Shown here piece by piece: positions 1 to 12,201 of a stretch of DNA of 64,000 nucleotides. The stretch is taken from contig NGBS01000599.1 in assembly GCA_002245135.1 (NCBI GenBank), positions 1 to 64,000 of the forward strand, written 5' to 3'. The notes under the pieces are model-generated. The model saw only the letters and a program-made list of their open reading frames with translations, ran no database searches and was not told where the DNA came from. The translations under genes and the position numbers were made by a program. Position 1 is the first letter of the stretch. Each line of letters begins with the position of its first letter. The DNA comes from Proteromonas lacertae (lineage: Eukaryota).

Positions 1-3000
1 GTTTCAACTGAGAAAGTAAACTATCAGTATCAGTCATTACATAGTGTTAGCTTATCAGAACCATATTTTTTTCCAATACATCATACCAATATTTTGCATT
101 TTGAGTTTAGATAGTGCTAAGATAACCATTCCAATTTGTATAGGTTTTATTAATTTCATATAGCTTCTTATGAAAATGTGCAATTCTTAAATCACCTTCA
201 ATAATGATAAAGTCTTTAAACCATGGATCACTTGCAGCATCAATCATTTGATCTTCATTAGTAATTAAAGATATGTTACTTCTCTTTTTCAACACGTTCC
301 ATAAATTTACCGTATAAACTATTCATTAATTTCTTTATATAGTCTGGCAGTAGTATTTTGATTGTTTTCTTTAGCTTGGACTCTTTTTTGTACCATAGTA
401 TTAATATATTACCCATATATAGACTTCAGTAAATCTCATTATTCTATACACTTTACCCACTTTATAGCCATGTTCAACTGCAAACTTCAAATTTTGGTAG
501 TGTATTATATATTTTTCTTTAGGATACAAATCAGTTATTAATTTCTCAGTAGCATGGTAAGTACTTCTTTCTTTATGTATAATACCAAGATTTTCAGCTC
601 TTTCAGTTTGTATATCAGATAACCATTCTTTAGGTATTTTCTTCCTTTCAGGTAACAATGGGTATTCTTTAAACTTGTCTTGTAGCTTTATAGGTAACTC
701 GATATCAACTTCCAATATATAACCAAAATCATTATTCTCCAATCTATCTTGATCCATTTCTTCATAATATGGCAAATCAAGTATACTTTCTAATGTAATA
801 GAATTTGGATCAATAAATTCAAAGTCATCTAAAGGCATTTTACAAGAAGCCATAACTGAAGGGTATAAAGAATTATAGTCTTGATATAATAAGAATTTAC
901 TAGGTAAAGTTTCATCATAATTTTTCATAAATTTGTTATTTGCATCTTCCTTACGCTTACCAATATATGATAATCCTCCGTATAAACCATTCAATATAAA
1001 ATCATAGTATTCAGGTTCACAAAGTAATTTAAGTTCCACATCAGATACATGCAAGAATAAATTGAGTGATAAACTGGGTAATGAAATATACCAACAAGGA
1101 TCTATGTGAAAAGTATCAAATATATTATCTCTAAAATCATTAAATATAGACTGAAGAATATAAACATCAATTTTCAAGTAAAATAAATTATATTCACGTA
1201 TATTATCAAATCCAAATATTTGATTTACTTGCATAGCAAAATCAAATTCTTCAGGTTTAATAGTTTCATTATCATTCAATTTAGACTTAAAATTATCTAT
1301 AGTAAGATCTTTGAAATTTTCTTCAAAAGCTTCAAGAGATGTCATATGTTCATATGGAAAATAATTCTTTTGAAGTAAGTATTTTTCAATAATTTCATCA
1401 TCTAGGTAATGTCCATTATATTCTTTAAAATTCTCATAAATTGTTTTGAATTTTTCTTTCTTAGTATTATTTAATTCTGCTGTAATTTTTAGATCACTAG
1501 TTAAATTTGCTAGAGAACCTGCTAAGAATAAATAACTGTCAATAAACACCAAATTCTTGTATTGTATACACTTATAGTTTTCATCTGTATTAGGTATAAT
1601 ATTGAGTGGACTATTAGTTATTGCAGCAAATTTGGCTAATTCCTTTACTATGAAATGCTGGTCATATTTCATAGCATTATGACCTATTATTAGTACTTTT
1701 AATTTTTTTATATCAATATTTAGATTCTCATTACTACCAATTGAAGCAATATAATGACCTGTGAAATGATCATGGTGAAGTACCTTTACATGATCAATAG
1801 AATTAAATGGTTTACCGCAAAAGTCACATTTTTTCTTTTTATTATGTATATCCTTAGCTGTTTCATCTCCATCAAAAGGTTTAGGATTATTTAGTCTGTA
1901 ATTGTAAACTGTACATATTTGATCATATATATTTAATATATCCAATACAAAATCATTTTCAATATTATGATCCTCATTTTGTTTATATTTAATCACAGTA
2001 AAACTGTTTATATCTGGTATTTTATTATCTACATAGATACAGTAAGAATAAAGCTTATGCCTAGCCATAATAGATTGCTCAGTTTTTGATAATTCTATTC
2101 TAGTATCATTATCATCTATTTCTTCCATAGATTTATATCTACTTAAATTCAATTCATTATCATATGGTACAAAATAAGTTTCAGTATCATAATACATAAA
2201 AACTGGTAATGTTTGGAGGTGAGTCCAATGTCTAAATTTTTAGTATGATTTTTCTTTATCATCTTTATCAGGGAATAATCTTAATACATTATCTTTATCT
2301 TGACAGTCATATATTTGGTGATTATTAAAGGATCCATCATCGTAAGTATAGAAGAGACAGTATGGACACACAAATATATTATTAGTATTATTCTTTTTAT
2401 CTATCATTTTTCTAAATAGAGCAGGTAAGGTATTTATTGTTACATAGTGTGAATTTCCATCTTCATTTTTTATTAGCAATAGATTTACAACACTATATTT
2501 TTTAGATTTCTTTTGTTTAGATAAATGAATGGGTAAGAATATTTCTTCTTTATCTTTAGCAATATCAATATAAAATATATTCACATTTAGTCGATTCTTT
2601 GTTTCAAACTTATCAATAGATTCATTATCTGTAGCATCAACAGGGAATGTTAACATACTCCAATCATGTTTCTTTTCATACATTTTGTATTTTTCAGGTT
2701 TATCTTTATTACATTGTAGATTATTAGAATATAATGAACATAGTACACTCCACTTAAAACATTCATTATCTTCATTTATTACATTTGTCAAACATCTAAG
2801 ACCTTGAAGTTTAGCAGGTAAAACAATAAAACTACTTCCACGTATCACTTTAAATTTTGTTACATATAATTCAATAGTATTTACTCTAGCAAAAGTAAGA
2901 CCACTTTGAGGATGATTTGAATCATCTTCTGATATTTGTGTAAATATATTCTCCAGTATAGTTTGTATTTCACCTACAGTAGACATTTTTGTTATTTCAC

Positions 3001-3574
3001 ATAGTCTACTACGACTAAATATAGAAACTTCATCATCACTGTCAGTAGACTCATCAGGTATATAAATTGAACGTACAATAAAGAAGAATTTAATCATATT
3101 CATAGTATCAGCTAGTTCATGTAATATATCTTTGATATCACTATTATTAACAAAATCATGATAACATTGTTGTGGTGTACTGTAATTTCTATTGTTATAA
3201 TTGAAAACCCATTTCCTGGTAACACCTTGAGATGATTTATCAACTTCTCTAGCATCACGTATTCTATCATTAAATCTTTGATTTTGGTTAGGTTTTGGTA
3301 GGGAAGAAGGCATTAATCCACCAAAGAATGTATCACTGATTATTGGTATATCATTATTGTATCTTTTTTTATTTTGAATAGCATCTGTACTAAATAATGG
3401 CGCTAATCTTCGTTTTGGAGCTTCTTCTGGTGGTGCAGGTGGAGGTGGTGGTGGTTCATCTGTATGTTTATGTTTATGATGATGGTGATGCTTATGTTTA
3501 TGATGTTTATTTATATTAAAAGTTTGTTCTATAAGCTTAAAAAATGCTTTTAAAAGCTTTTTATGTTTGCTCAT
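1..3574 (-). pseudogene. Protein-primed family B DNA polymerase (pPolB-A), disrupted
   Basis: ORFs 2240-3604 and 401-2197 are one frame split by a single TAA (EKSY*KFRHW...YYDTE). Motifs: vOTU-like DNECF/SHY, ExoI YYDTE, EndoVII-like HHDHFTG, ExoII GHNAMKYD, Pol A DYNSLYPS; Pol B KLMNSLYGK and Pol C MTDTDS follow further frameshifts at 1-420. Confidence 0.92.
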
Positions 3575-3620
3575 TATATAGACAGAATTCGCGAAATAAA
3601 TCAAAAATGGAAATATGAAA

Positions 3621-3649
3621 TTTGATTGGTCGGATGATTTGATTGGTCG
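3621..3649. promoter_or_regulatory. Tandem inverted CCAAT boxes in the divergent promoter
   Basis: TTTGATTGGTCG repeated at 3621-3632 and 3638-3649, in the ~160-bp gap between pPolB-A and ORF 3734. Confidence 0.5.
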
Positions 3650-3733
3650 ACTTTAAAAATAAAAAGAAATTTTCATTTTCATTTTTCTCAAGATTTTTAG
3701 TCATTTTTTATTTTCATCTCTCCCTTATATAAA

Positions 3734-4510
3734 ATGAGTAACGAAACACCCTATGAAGCTACAGATGTAGAATTCAGTGATTACTACAAAAATCCAAAGT
3801 TATGTAACAAGTGGATTATTAAAGGAATTGTTGAGAGTATTACAGTTAAGCCTACTAAAACTAGTCAATATGTATTGACTACTTTTGTTCATGATTTGGA
3901 TCATAAAGTTGTAATTAATAATGGAAGAGATTTTGAAACATATTCAGCTGATGAAGTAAAATATGTATTAAAACAAATTTATGATAGAAACGAGAATGAC
4001 TTTATAGAAAAAATCATTCGTGGATATTTGATTAGTGTAGGATGTAGAGAACCTCAACATGGTATTAAATACTTCCACAATTTCAATTCTATTATGATAT
4101 GGGATAATAGTAACTATAGAGTTCCATCTGATGTTGATGTTGGTAGTAAAATTGCTGTAAGTGTTGTTGATAATCAAATCTCTATTAAGAGTAATGGTAC
4201 TCAAAACTTTGTTAATCATAGAGTTTGTAGTGATATTGTTGGTTATGATGAAAATCCTGATTTAGCTACAACTATTAGAAGAAGTAATGAGAAGAAAATT
4301 AAGAAAGAACAAGCTAATCAAAACAAATTTGTTTCACCTCCCAGAATTAAGAGAACTAAGATAGAAGATAGTGATTTAATTAGTACTCGTAGACCATTCC
4401 CTGCTAAGAAAGTAATTAGTAATGGTTTTATTAGTGCTGCTAAAGTTATTAACTTTGGTATTGGTGGTAACGCTTTAAGTGATAAGGATTTGGGAGAGGT
4501 AGAAGAATGA
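3734..4510 (+). CDS. Element A hypothetical protein (beta-rich, possibly OB-fold/ssDNA-binding)
   Basis: Intact 258-aa ORF between pPolB and integrase; beta-strand-like pattern with a basic C-terminal tail (SPPRIKR). The fold is a guess. Confidence 0.6.
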   Translation: MSNETPYEATDVEFSDYYKNPKLCNKWIIKGIVESITVKPTKTSQYVLTTFVHDLDHKVVINNGRDFETYSADEVKYVLKQIYDRNENDFIEKIIRGYLISVGCREPQHGIKYFHNFNSIMIWDNSNYRVPSDVDVGSKIAVSVVDNQISIKSNGTQNFVNHRVCSDIVGYDENPDLATTIRRSNEKKIKKEQANQNKFVSPPRIKRTKIEDSDLISTRRPFPAKKVISNGFISAAKVINFGIGGNALSDKDLGEVEE

Positions 4511-4582
4511 TTTAATTATATTTTAATTCATTAATTCTTTAAATATATATCATTCATATTTTTTATATATATATTGTTTTGA

Positions 4583-5702
4583 ATGTCACTACAAGATAAA
4601 ATAAATGAGTTATACAAAATATATGGTTATTTAAACAAACGAGACTTTATTAATTTCTCTGTAAATGAACTTGAGAATAACTTTAAAAAATCTGACATTA
4701 AAAAAGCTAGTAGTGAACTTGTAGAGTCTAAACCAGATTATCAAATCACTGCAACTAAAAGGAATAGAATTAAATATGAAATTGAAAAGTTACCTGGGTC
4801 ATATCAAATAGATTTGGTGTTTTTCAACAATACAAAAGTTCCATTTTTGTTAATTATAGAAGTTGTTAGTCGTAAGTGCTGGATATATTATGTTAAATCT
4901 AAATCAGAAAATGATGTGTATCCAGTGTTTGAAAAATGGTTTTATCAGGGTATGCAATTAACAAAAGTCTGGTATTATCTTTGGTAAGAAATTTTTAGAT
5001 TTGTTTAACAAAAATCATATAAGATTTATACTTAAAGAACGTAATGAACATAATATAATAAAAATATTGGATAGATGTGTGAGAACTATTAAAGATATGT
5101 TTTAAAGAAAAATTAATACATTGTCTGATGAAGAATTTGATAAAATTAACAATATTGAATCATTGTGTAATATAGTATATACTGTTGTAGATGATTACAA
5201 TGCAAAACCACATTCTGCACTCAATAATTTAACTCCAAATGAAGTATTCAATGATTTTGAAGTCCAAGATAGATTGTATAAAGAATCCCATGCTAGAAAC
5301 TTAAAGAAGCGTAAAAGTGATACTCATTTTAAAGCTGATGATTATGTAAGAATAAAAGAACGTAGAGATAACAAGCTTCAAAAAACTACTTATTATACTG
5401 ATAAAGTATACCAAATACACATAGTTGAACCATTTTCATATTCTGTTAAGAACTTGGATGGAACAATACCTAGAGAATTCAATCCTAGAGATATAGGCTC
5501 ATATAGATTCAAATCACATGAAATTAAAAGAGTACCTGTTAATAGTATTACAACAAATGGTATGTTTAGATTAAGACAAATTCATAGCATAAATAATGAA
5601 GCACAACCTATAGAACCAGATATTCAACCAGTACCAGAAGGCAGAAAAAGTAGATATGGTAGAGTATATAAGAAAAATTCGCTATTTAATGATTTCGTAT
5701 AA
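4583..5702 (+). pseudogene. rve-family integrase A, disrupted
   Basis: YQIDLVFF...IIEVVSRK; frameshift/deletion near 4960; ILDRCVRTIK; in-frame TAA at 5103-5105; YNAKPHSALNNLTPNEV; SH3-like FKADDYVRI. Confidence 0.88.
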
Positions 5703-5849
5703 TTTTTTATGCTTTTATTTATGTTATTTTTTACATATTAAACAAACACCAATTCTCATTAAAGTAATGAATTCAAAGTGTTTTTCAAGTATATGAATTA
5801 AAGCATAAACCAGACAAATTTAAAGTATATATTAATACTTATAAGTTCT

Positions 5850-6105
5850 TCATCATCTTCTCAAACTCTTCAGCTTTTTTTCTTTTCTCTTCTTCAATTC
5901 TCTTCTTAAACTTTTCTTCCATTTTCTTTTCTAATTCATCGTTTTCTTTTTTCATCTTTTCTTCCATTTGTCTCTTTTGTTCTAATACCCATTTCTTTCT
6001 TACCTCTTCTTGTTTTCTTTTTCTCTCTGCTTCTTCTTGTAATTTTCTAACTCTTTCTTCTTCTTGTTGTTTTTTCTTTTTTTCTTCATCTTCTTGTTTA
6101 TTATA
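5850..6105 (-). pseudogene. K/E/R-rich coiled-coil C-terminal gene fragment
   Basis: Reverse strand reads KQEDEEKKKKQQEEERVRKLQEEAERKRKQEEVRKKW...; no start codon; cut off at the boundary of the GC-rich block. Confidence 0.5.
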
Positions 6106-6107
6106 AT

Positions 6108-6455
6108 TTGATTATAATAATCCAAATAATAGCGTCTCTGAAGAAGTCAAGTATCGAAGAAGAAGGAGGAATAAGCAAGAGATTGATTGTCTTTAAGAAC
6201 AAGAGCAAGAAGAAGAAGAGTCGTAAGAACAAGTGCAAGTTGATGTACCTAGACGATATTGACTCTGCCGATGATGAGATCATCGTAAGAAGTAGCAGTA
6301 TCATGGATCCTAAGAACTTAGATGATATGATTAACAGCATGGGAATGACTCCATTCTCATCACCTTCAAAGTCAACAACTAAGACCACAGTCAAAGGAGT
6401 TGGAGGTGCTAGTTATAAGACTTCACAGGAGCCGATAGTCCCGATCTATAATTAG
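6108..6455 (+). CDS. Small basic hypothetical protein (possibly 5'-truncated)
   Basis: Open 115-aa frame with Lys-rich patch KNKSKKKKSRK and module-type codon usage. Confidence 0.35.
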   Translation: MIIIIQIIASLKKSSIEEEGGISKRLIVFKNKSKKKKSRKNKCKLMYLDDIDSADDEIIVRSSSIMDPKNLDDMINSMGMTPFSSPSKSTTKTTVKGVGGASYKTSQEPIVPIYN

Positions 6456-6502
6456 CTTAGTTGTTCTTTTCAAATTGATTATCTAAGTAAAGTTCCCGTA
6501 TA

Positions 6503-7800
6503 ATGAAACGGAGATCACCTAGCAAAGATAATCCTTCAACTAATTAGAGAAGAGCAGTGACTTACTTACAAAGGAAGCTTCAGCAAGAGTTCAAAAACCA
6601 GCTAGCAACAATCAATAACGAGGAAGACATCTTGAAGCTCTTTGACTCTTATCTCTGAGAAGATAAGACTGAAGAAAAAGAAGTAGTCAAGGACAGAGAA
6701 GTCATTAGCAAGGAAGATAATGAACCAGAAGAAGATCTATCCAACTCTTACTACTTGAAGAACAACGCATTACTCAAGGACTACCTCCAGGAAGTGAGAT
6801 CCCGAGATCCTAACAACCCCTACAACATACCTTATCAGCAGATAGATGATTACAATAAGTACGTGAACTTAGCAACACCGGAGAGGAGATTGGAGCAGCA
6901 ATAAGAGGTTGTTGGAGTTAGTCATCCGTTAAGGAAGTACTTCCGAAGGTGATCCAACTGGATAAATACGCCGACGTCTAGGACATAAGGAAGAAGGTGG
7001 AAGAGCTTAAACAAGTGAACTACGGAGCTTACAATCAATACATATACAAGTAGTAGAAGCACTTACTCCATACTCACTAGAGATACTGGAAGACTCCTAA
7101 TAAGTAAATTCAATGGAATAGTAGGTAAAGCAGTCAGAACCATCATGATACAGCTACAGAAGGTGCCTTACAAGATAGGTATAGTCTTCCATCCAGTATT
7201 TGTTGGGATGACGATTAACCTCCTGATCCCTTGCAGTACTTACAGGACATGTATGGTGTTATCAAGAGAAGTGTACCCGTTTGAGAATCAACTAGTTCTA
7301 TTCCGATCAGCCCCAGGAAGTGCCCGCGATGATTACAAGAGGATTGCAAGAATATTGGTTCAGCAACTAAGAGTCCAGATGTGCCTTCTTCCCGTGGAGC
7401 AAAGCTAACCTGTGATGGTAATCCCTTACAATGAGATGGCGATGAAGCAAGGATTGTTAGCTATGATCAGAGAAGTAATCCCTTACTATTCCAGGAGCTA
7501 AAGGAGAAGTATCAAGAGGTTGTCAGCTACGTGATAGAAGCATCAGATAGCATAAGCTTAGAGATAGGAGGACAGAACAACTTAAACCTCGTAGCAGGCA
7601 ATGGAGTTTATGGAAATGCAATCCAAGACAATCAGAGATGATAAGATTAGCAATTAGTCGATACGCAGTTCCCGTACTTAGATCAGCTGAAGTTCTTGAA
7701 GCAGTGTACCTTGCATCTCAAGGTTCATCATCTCCAGCGAGTACAGCACTACCGATGATGATGAAGAGTTCATAGAAGAGTGTTCCGAGGAAGTAAGAAG
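6503..7800 (+). pseudogene. Decayed hypothetical gene(s) of the GC-rich module
   Basis: ATG 6503 MKRRSPSKD... continues protein-like through in-frame TAG/TGA/TAA stops; ORF 7145-7408 is a fragment. Confidence 0.45.
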
Positions 7801-7859
7801 CCAAGTGAAAGATGAACTCAATCTATTGATATTCCAAGAATATCAGAACTTTACCAGGC

Positions 7860-8222
7860 AGTTCATAATTAACACGATCAGAAGGATAAGTGGTGCTGCT
7901 TACTTTACATTCCAAGGACTAACAAGATCTCAACGATGTTCCCAGCAAGGATGGTGACTCTTATTACTACGATCCTCTCGGGCATGTGCCTCCTGAGGAA
8001 GACTGGTTAATAGAACAACTACAACAGCTCAAGAGATTTACTGCAAGTGGAAGAGTCCCGTACTTACTTAAGATCAACAGGATAGCGCATAGCCTGGACT
8101 TGTCACAGGCAACTTACAAGAAGCTGATTATCACCAGGTTCTTATCAGTCTACTTTCTATACAACATACTCAGTCAAGAGAAGTCCTTTAAGGAAATCCT
8201 GTGGGTATGCTCGATTAAGTAA
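7860..8222 (+). pseudogene. Adenain-like (Polinton maturation) cysteine protease remnant
   Basis: Across frameshifts: FIINT..., KWCCLLYI (KW where HW is expected), then YYYDPLGHVPPEE, matching the Polinton protease YFDSxGxxPP motif; lies directly upstream of the capsid gene. Confidence 0.45.
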
Positions 8223-8320
8223 GAGACAACAGAATGAACTCAACAAGAAGCCTTATCGTAAAGTGTAAGTAAGCTATTGTGTTATTTCCCAAAGTGATTT
8301 ATTACCTCCTGAATATCGCA

Positions 8321-9447
8321 ATGAGCAAGATCCATACTGGTCCATCCTCCATCATCTCCCAGGAACATGACTTTATCGATGAAGTGCAACCATTAGTAGC
8401 TCTCGATCAACTCATCCCTTTAGTTGCAAGTCAAGGACAACGAGTAGAGATTCCTAAGGCTGCTCTTAGCGATGAAGTCACCTTAGAGATTGTCAAGGAT
8501 AACTTTATAAACTTCACTAAGTCCCACTTACAATATCGACTACATGTAGAAGCAGCTGGTCTCAAGAAAGTTACTTTAGCTGATACCTTCAACCTTGAAA
8601 GTATTACGAGATCTTCCGAGGTATCATGACTAAGATTATGCGTAAGGCAAGTAAGATGGCTCATCACGGGATGTACTACGATGGAGTCTGGATTGATAAG
8701 AAAGGTAAGGTCATTGAAAATGGAATGAAGTTCACAGGAGGTGCTAATGATGATTATGACTACCAACAAACGATAAAAGACAATGCCTTCGACTTGCTTA
8801 TCAAGATCCCTTGCAAGGAGTTGTTTAACACCATCCTCAGTCATCCTACTGATGTCTACTTCGGGGAGAAGGTTTACATCTCTATACGATGGCAAGACAA
8901 AGGTAAGATGGTGGACATCGTTGATGCTACTCTAAAGGATGAGACTATGGTAAGTCTCGAGGATATCTACTTCAAGGCTAACTACAACAAGGACATTGCT
9001 TGCAGCGAGAACACCAAGAAGTACTGCCTTACAAATCCTGTGGACTTCAACGATGTCCATGTTGTTAGAACTCATGTAAGTAACAGCTCCAGCTACTTCA
9101 GCTACTCCTTCAATATCAATAGTTACATCGGATCTTACGTAAAGTTCATCCTTTACAGATGCTATGACAAGGAAGGTAATGTGGTGCCTGTTGCGATGAC
9201 CTCTAAGTTCAAGTGGTGGATCAATGACTTCAACTACAACCCTGACTTCCAAAACATGGAGACTTATGATAGTTACGAGGATATGAAGAGCTTCATCAAG
9301 GGTAGCTACTACGACCAGGCAATTGACCTACCCTTCAATGAGAAGTTCCTTGAGATCCTTAACTTTACCACCTCGGACTTAACCAACATCGAGCACATCT
9401 TGATACGAAGTAAACGTTTAAAGAAAGTCACCTTGATAGGAACATGA
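8321..9447 (+). pseudogene. Putative double-jelly-roll major capsid protein, one frameshift near 8627
   Basis: EVTLEIVKDNFINFTKSHLQYRLHV resembles the Polinton/PLV MCP N-terminal motif; beta-rich; two overlapping ORFs total about 375 aa; viral context. Confidence 0.65.
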
Positions 9448-11672
9448 CCGACAACTACCTTGAGTGAATCACCACTAAAGCTACTTTTAGGGTCGGGTAT
9501 GTTCAAGATAACATCCCAGGTTGTGTACTCAACATGAAGGATGGGATTGCCAGAGTTATCATCTTGAGTAAGTATACTATGGATCTCATTGATCTTCGTA
9601 AGCTGGTCGTGGGAGGTAAAGTCATTGATCTGTGATAAGTGTAAGTACTGCAAGTGATGGAGATCGTTGATATTGCTTTCAAGGCCAGGGAACTTCTCTT
9701 GGATGGTATTGATCCAATTGTAAGTCTTTGTGGTATAGGCAAAGAGATCATTGAACCAGAAGAAGACTGAGAACTTATTCTCAGCATCACCATCAACCAG
9801 TCTCCTGACTTTACCTTGGATCTCACCGACTGAGGTTGTAAGTGATGCTAAGCTAGTACTGATAGAAGTAAGATCGGAAGAGGATGCATTGGAGTTGTTA
9901 TCATTACTACCACCTGAAGATGCTAGAGATGCCTTGATAGACTCTAAGGAAGTATTTACTTTGAACAGCTCCTGGAAGACTGATTGTTGTTGTCCTTGAA
10001 CTAGTGGCTCACCAAGATGCGATAAGAGTAGTGCCTGGTTCTCAAAGAGTGTAGTGTTGACCTTAGGCTTAGGAGATCCGATAAGGTGGTTGATGGCTTC
10101 TAAGTTCTTGAAGACTGTGTTGTAATTGCTACTGCTGCTGGAGCTGCTTCCTAGAAGATCAGTGATTGAAGAGAGATCTACAATGGATGGAATGGAGGAT
10201 CCTCCTGAGGAACCTCCCGAAGATGCATTACCATTGCCAGTAGCTATCCACTTACCGATCATCTTTACATCCTCGTAGATGTCCATCAAGTAGGTGAACA
10301 TGCTTAGCTGTTCCTTATACTTCTCGGGACATGTTCCTATAACTCCATTCAAGGCAACGTGGGCTGTCACCAGATTGACAATGTGGCTACTATAGATAGC
10401 TTGCTGGGACTTCAACTCAATCTCCTTCTTAGCATTCTCAGTCGGTACATTGGGGATGAAGTAGTTAGTGATCAGGTCAACTTTATCACTGAGAGTAGGA
10501 GAAAACGCTACAGGTCGCGCAATGTTGGAAGAGTTGCTTCTGGTTGATATTCAGGACCTGGGTAAGATCCTTTACTGAGATGACTTCATCGTAGAGAGTA
10601 TTGGTACTGTTATCATCGTCGGGGTTGATATCAATTCCTTGCTTCTCAAATTCTTTAGCGATGGCCTGGCAGTAGCTATTGAGACTTTGAAGATCTCCAT
10701 TGAGTTGAACTAAAGCAGCGTTGATATTGTTCTGACTGTAAGTGGTAAGTGAATTCACTTGAGATTGAAGACCGATAGTGAGCTGGTAAAGCTTATCGAT
10801 ATATTCAAAGAGATTGTTAGCTACTGGTGCTGACGGAGTTGAAGAAGAAGGAGAGTCATCATCGGGAGTGTTGATACTATCTGGGATCAAGGAGGAGCTT
10901 AACTTTTCAAGGAGGTCGTAAATGGAGGAAGGTCTATTGAGATCAGTAACTTCCATGGAGGATGGATCATATCGGTGCTTACCAAGGAAGTCCATTGCAG
11001 AGTAGTGATTCTCGGTCATAGCAATCATCGTCTTAGTAAGGGTATCCTCATGATTCTTAAGGACTGCACTAACCTCTCCGATGATACCTATGACTTCATT
11101 GACTTTGTTGAGAGTAGTCTTGGTGCTTATCAAGTAGTTGCTTCACGTTCTCACTCATCGGCTTTATCAGATCATCCATGGCCGACACGGTAGCTGATAT
11201 CTCCTCCAACACCTTGTTGCTATCGGAGGTCTCTTGTTTAGTGGTATTGGTAAAGGACTCAATAGTCTTCTCCAGCTCCTTGATAGTGTTATTGATCACG
11301 GTCGTGTTGGAATTGCTATCACTGTTGGTATTATGAAGTTGTCTTTCAAGGTCTTGGATCTTCTCAAGGAGCTCTTCATGCTGCTCATCGTTCAAGGACA
11401 CAGGAATGCTTTGTAAGGCTAACTTCATCCTGCTAGAGATCTCCTCATAGTTGGTATTGCAAATGAAGGAGGAGTTGCTTAGCATCCTTTGAAAGGTATC
11501 GTTGATCACTCCGATATCGACATTAACAAAGAGTTGTCTTTGAAGGACATCTCGTAGCTCCACAAGAGTGTGGTTGATGTGATCGAATTGATGATTCATC
11601 AGCTCCTTGACAGTTGTAGTCGGTTCAAAGAAGGAGGAGCTGCAGTTCTCATGAAGAGTGTTGTCTTGACTC
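9309..11672 (-). pseudogene. Long coiled-coil/Ser-linker protein (fibre-like?), two frameshifts
   Basis: ORFs 11096-, 10486-11133 and 9309-10415 join through frameshifts near 11130 and 10515 (bridge PVAFSPTLSDKVDL...KEIELKSQQ); heptad segments separated by Ser/Gly/Asn linkers. Confidence 0.6.
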
Positions 11673-12201
11673 AAATCTATATCAATAGATCCTATATATT
11701 TGTTTTTCATGGTATTGAAACTTTCACCTTCATATATTTCTAATGTTTTCTTTCCTCCATCTAAATTCACTTCAATTTCTTTTTTAGCAGGTAGAATATC
11801 CATTTTCTTTAATATCACTTCCATATGATGAACACTAAATATTTTATTAATTTCTATTCCTACAGACTTAGTTAATACATCTCTTATTTCATAATGGTCT
11901 ATATCTACATCAAGTAATGTTTGCTTCTTTTGATAATTCATCATTAAATACTATACTAGCATTTGTATATTTAAGGCGAATCATTTCTTTAATCTTACTT
12001 ATCTCGCTTGACTGAAGTATTTTTTTCAATCATTCTGTCTAATATCTTAACTGTTTTATTGAAATAATTTTTACATTTGTCTTCAAAAACAGATTTTTCA
12101 AGAAGGAATTGAATAATACCATCTAAACATATTTCATAAGTATCTACTGTAGAAAAAGCTATTTTACACTTTTCTGCTTCGATATATATTCTAGTTAACA
12201 A
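11672..12201 (-). pseudogene. Divergent Hsp70-family remnant
   Basis: RIYIEAEKCKIAFS..., KSVFEDKCKNYF, SSEISKIKEMI, IRDVLTKSVGIE, ILPAKKE and LEIYEGE..KNKYIG parallel the Hsp70 motifs RLRTACERAK, RARFEEL, STRIPKIQ, LDVTPLSLGIE, TIPTK and QVYEGE in order. Confidence 0.75.

Larger units (their letters stand above)
1..5710. mobile_element. Polinton/Maverick-like endogenous viral element A (partial, runs off the window start)
   Basis: Divergently arranged pPolB (-), unknown ORF (+) and rve integrase (+); all intronless; no terminal inverted repeat seen. Confidence 0.85.
6130..11672. mobile_element. GC-rich Polinton-like virus morphogenesis module
   Basis: Abrupt composition shift (line 9001 has 28/60 G+C; line 17041 has 13/60); AAG/AAC/TTC/ATC codon preference; capsid-like and protease-like ORFs. 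Confidence 0.75.

Noticed and set aside
8431..11416. Antisense ORFs 8431-8895, 8932-9252, 9751-9999, 10359-10547, 10975-11193 and 11234-11416
   Set aside because: Shadow frames of longer ORFs in a GC-rich, stop-poor region.
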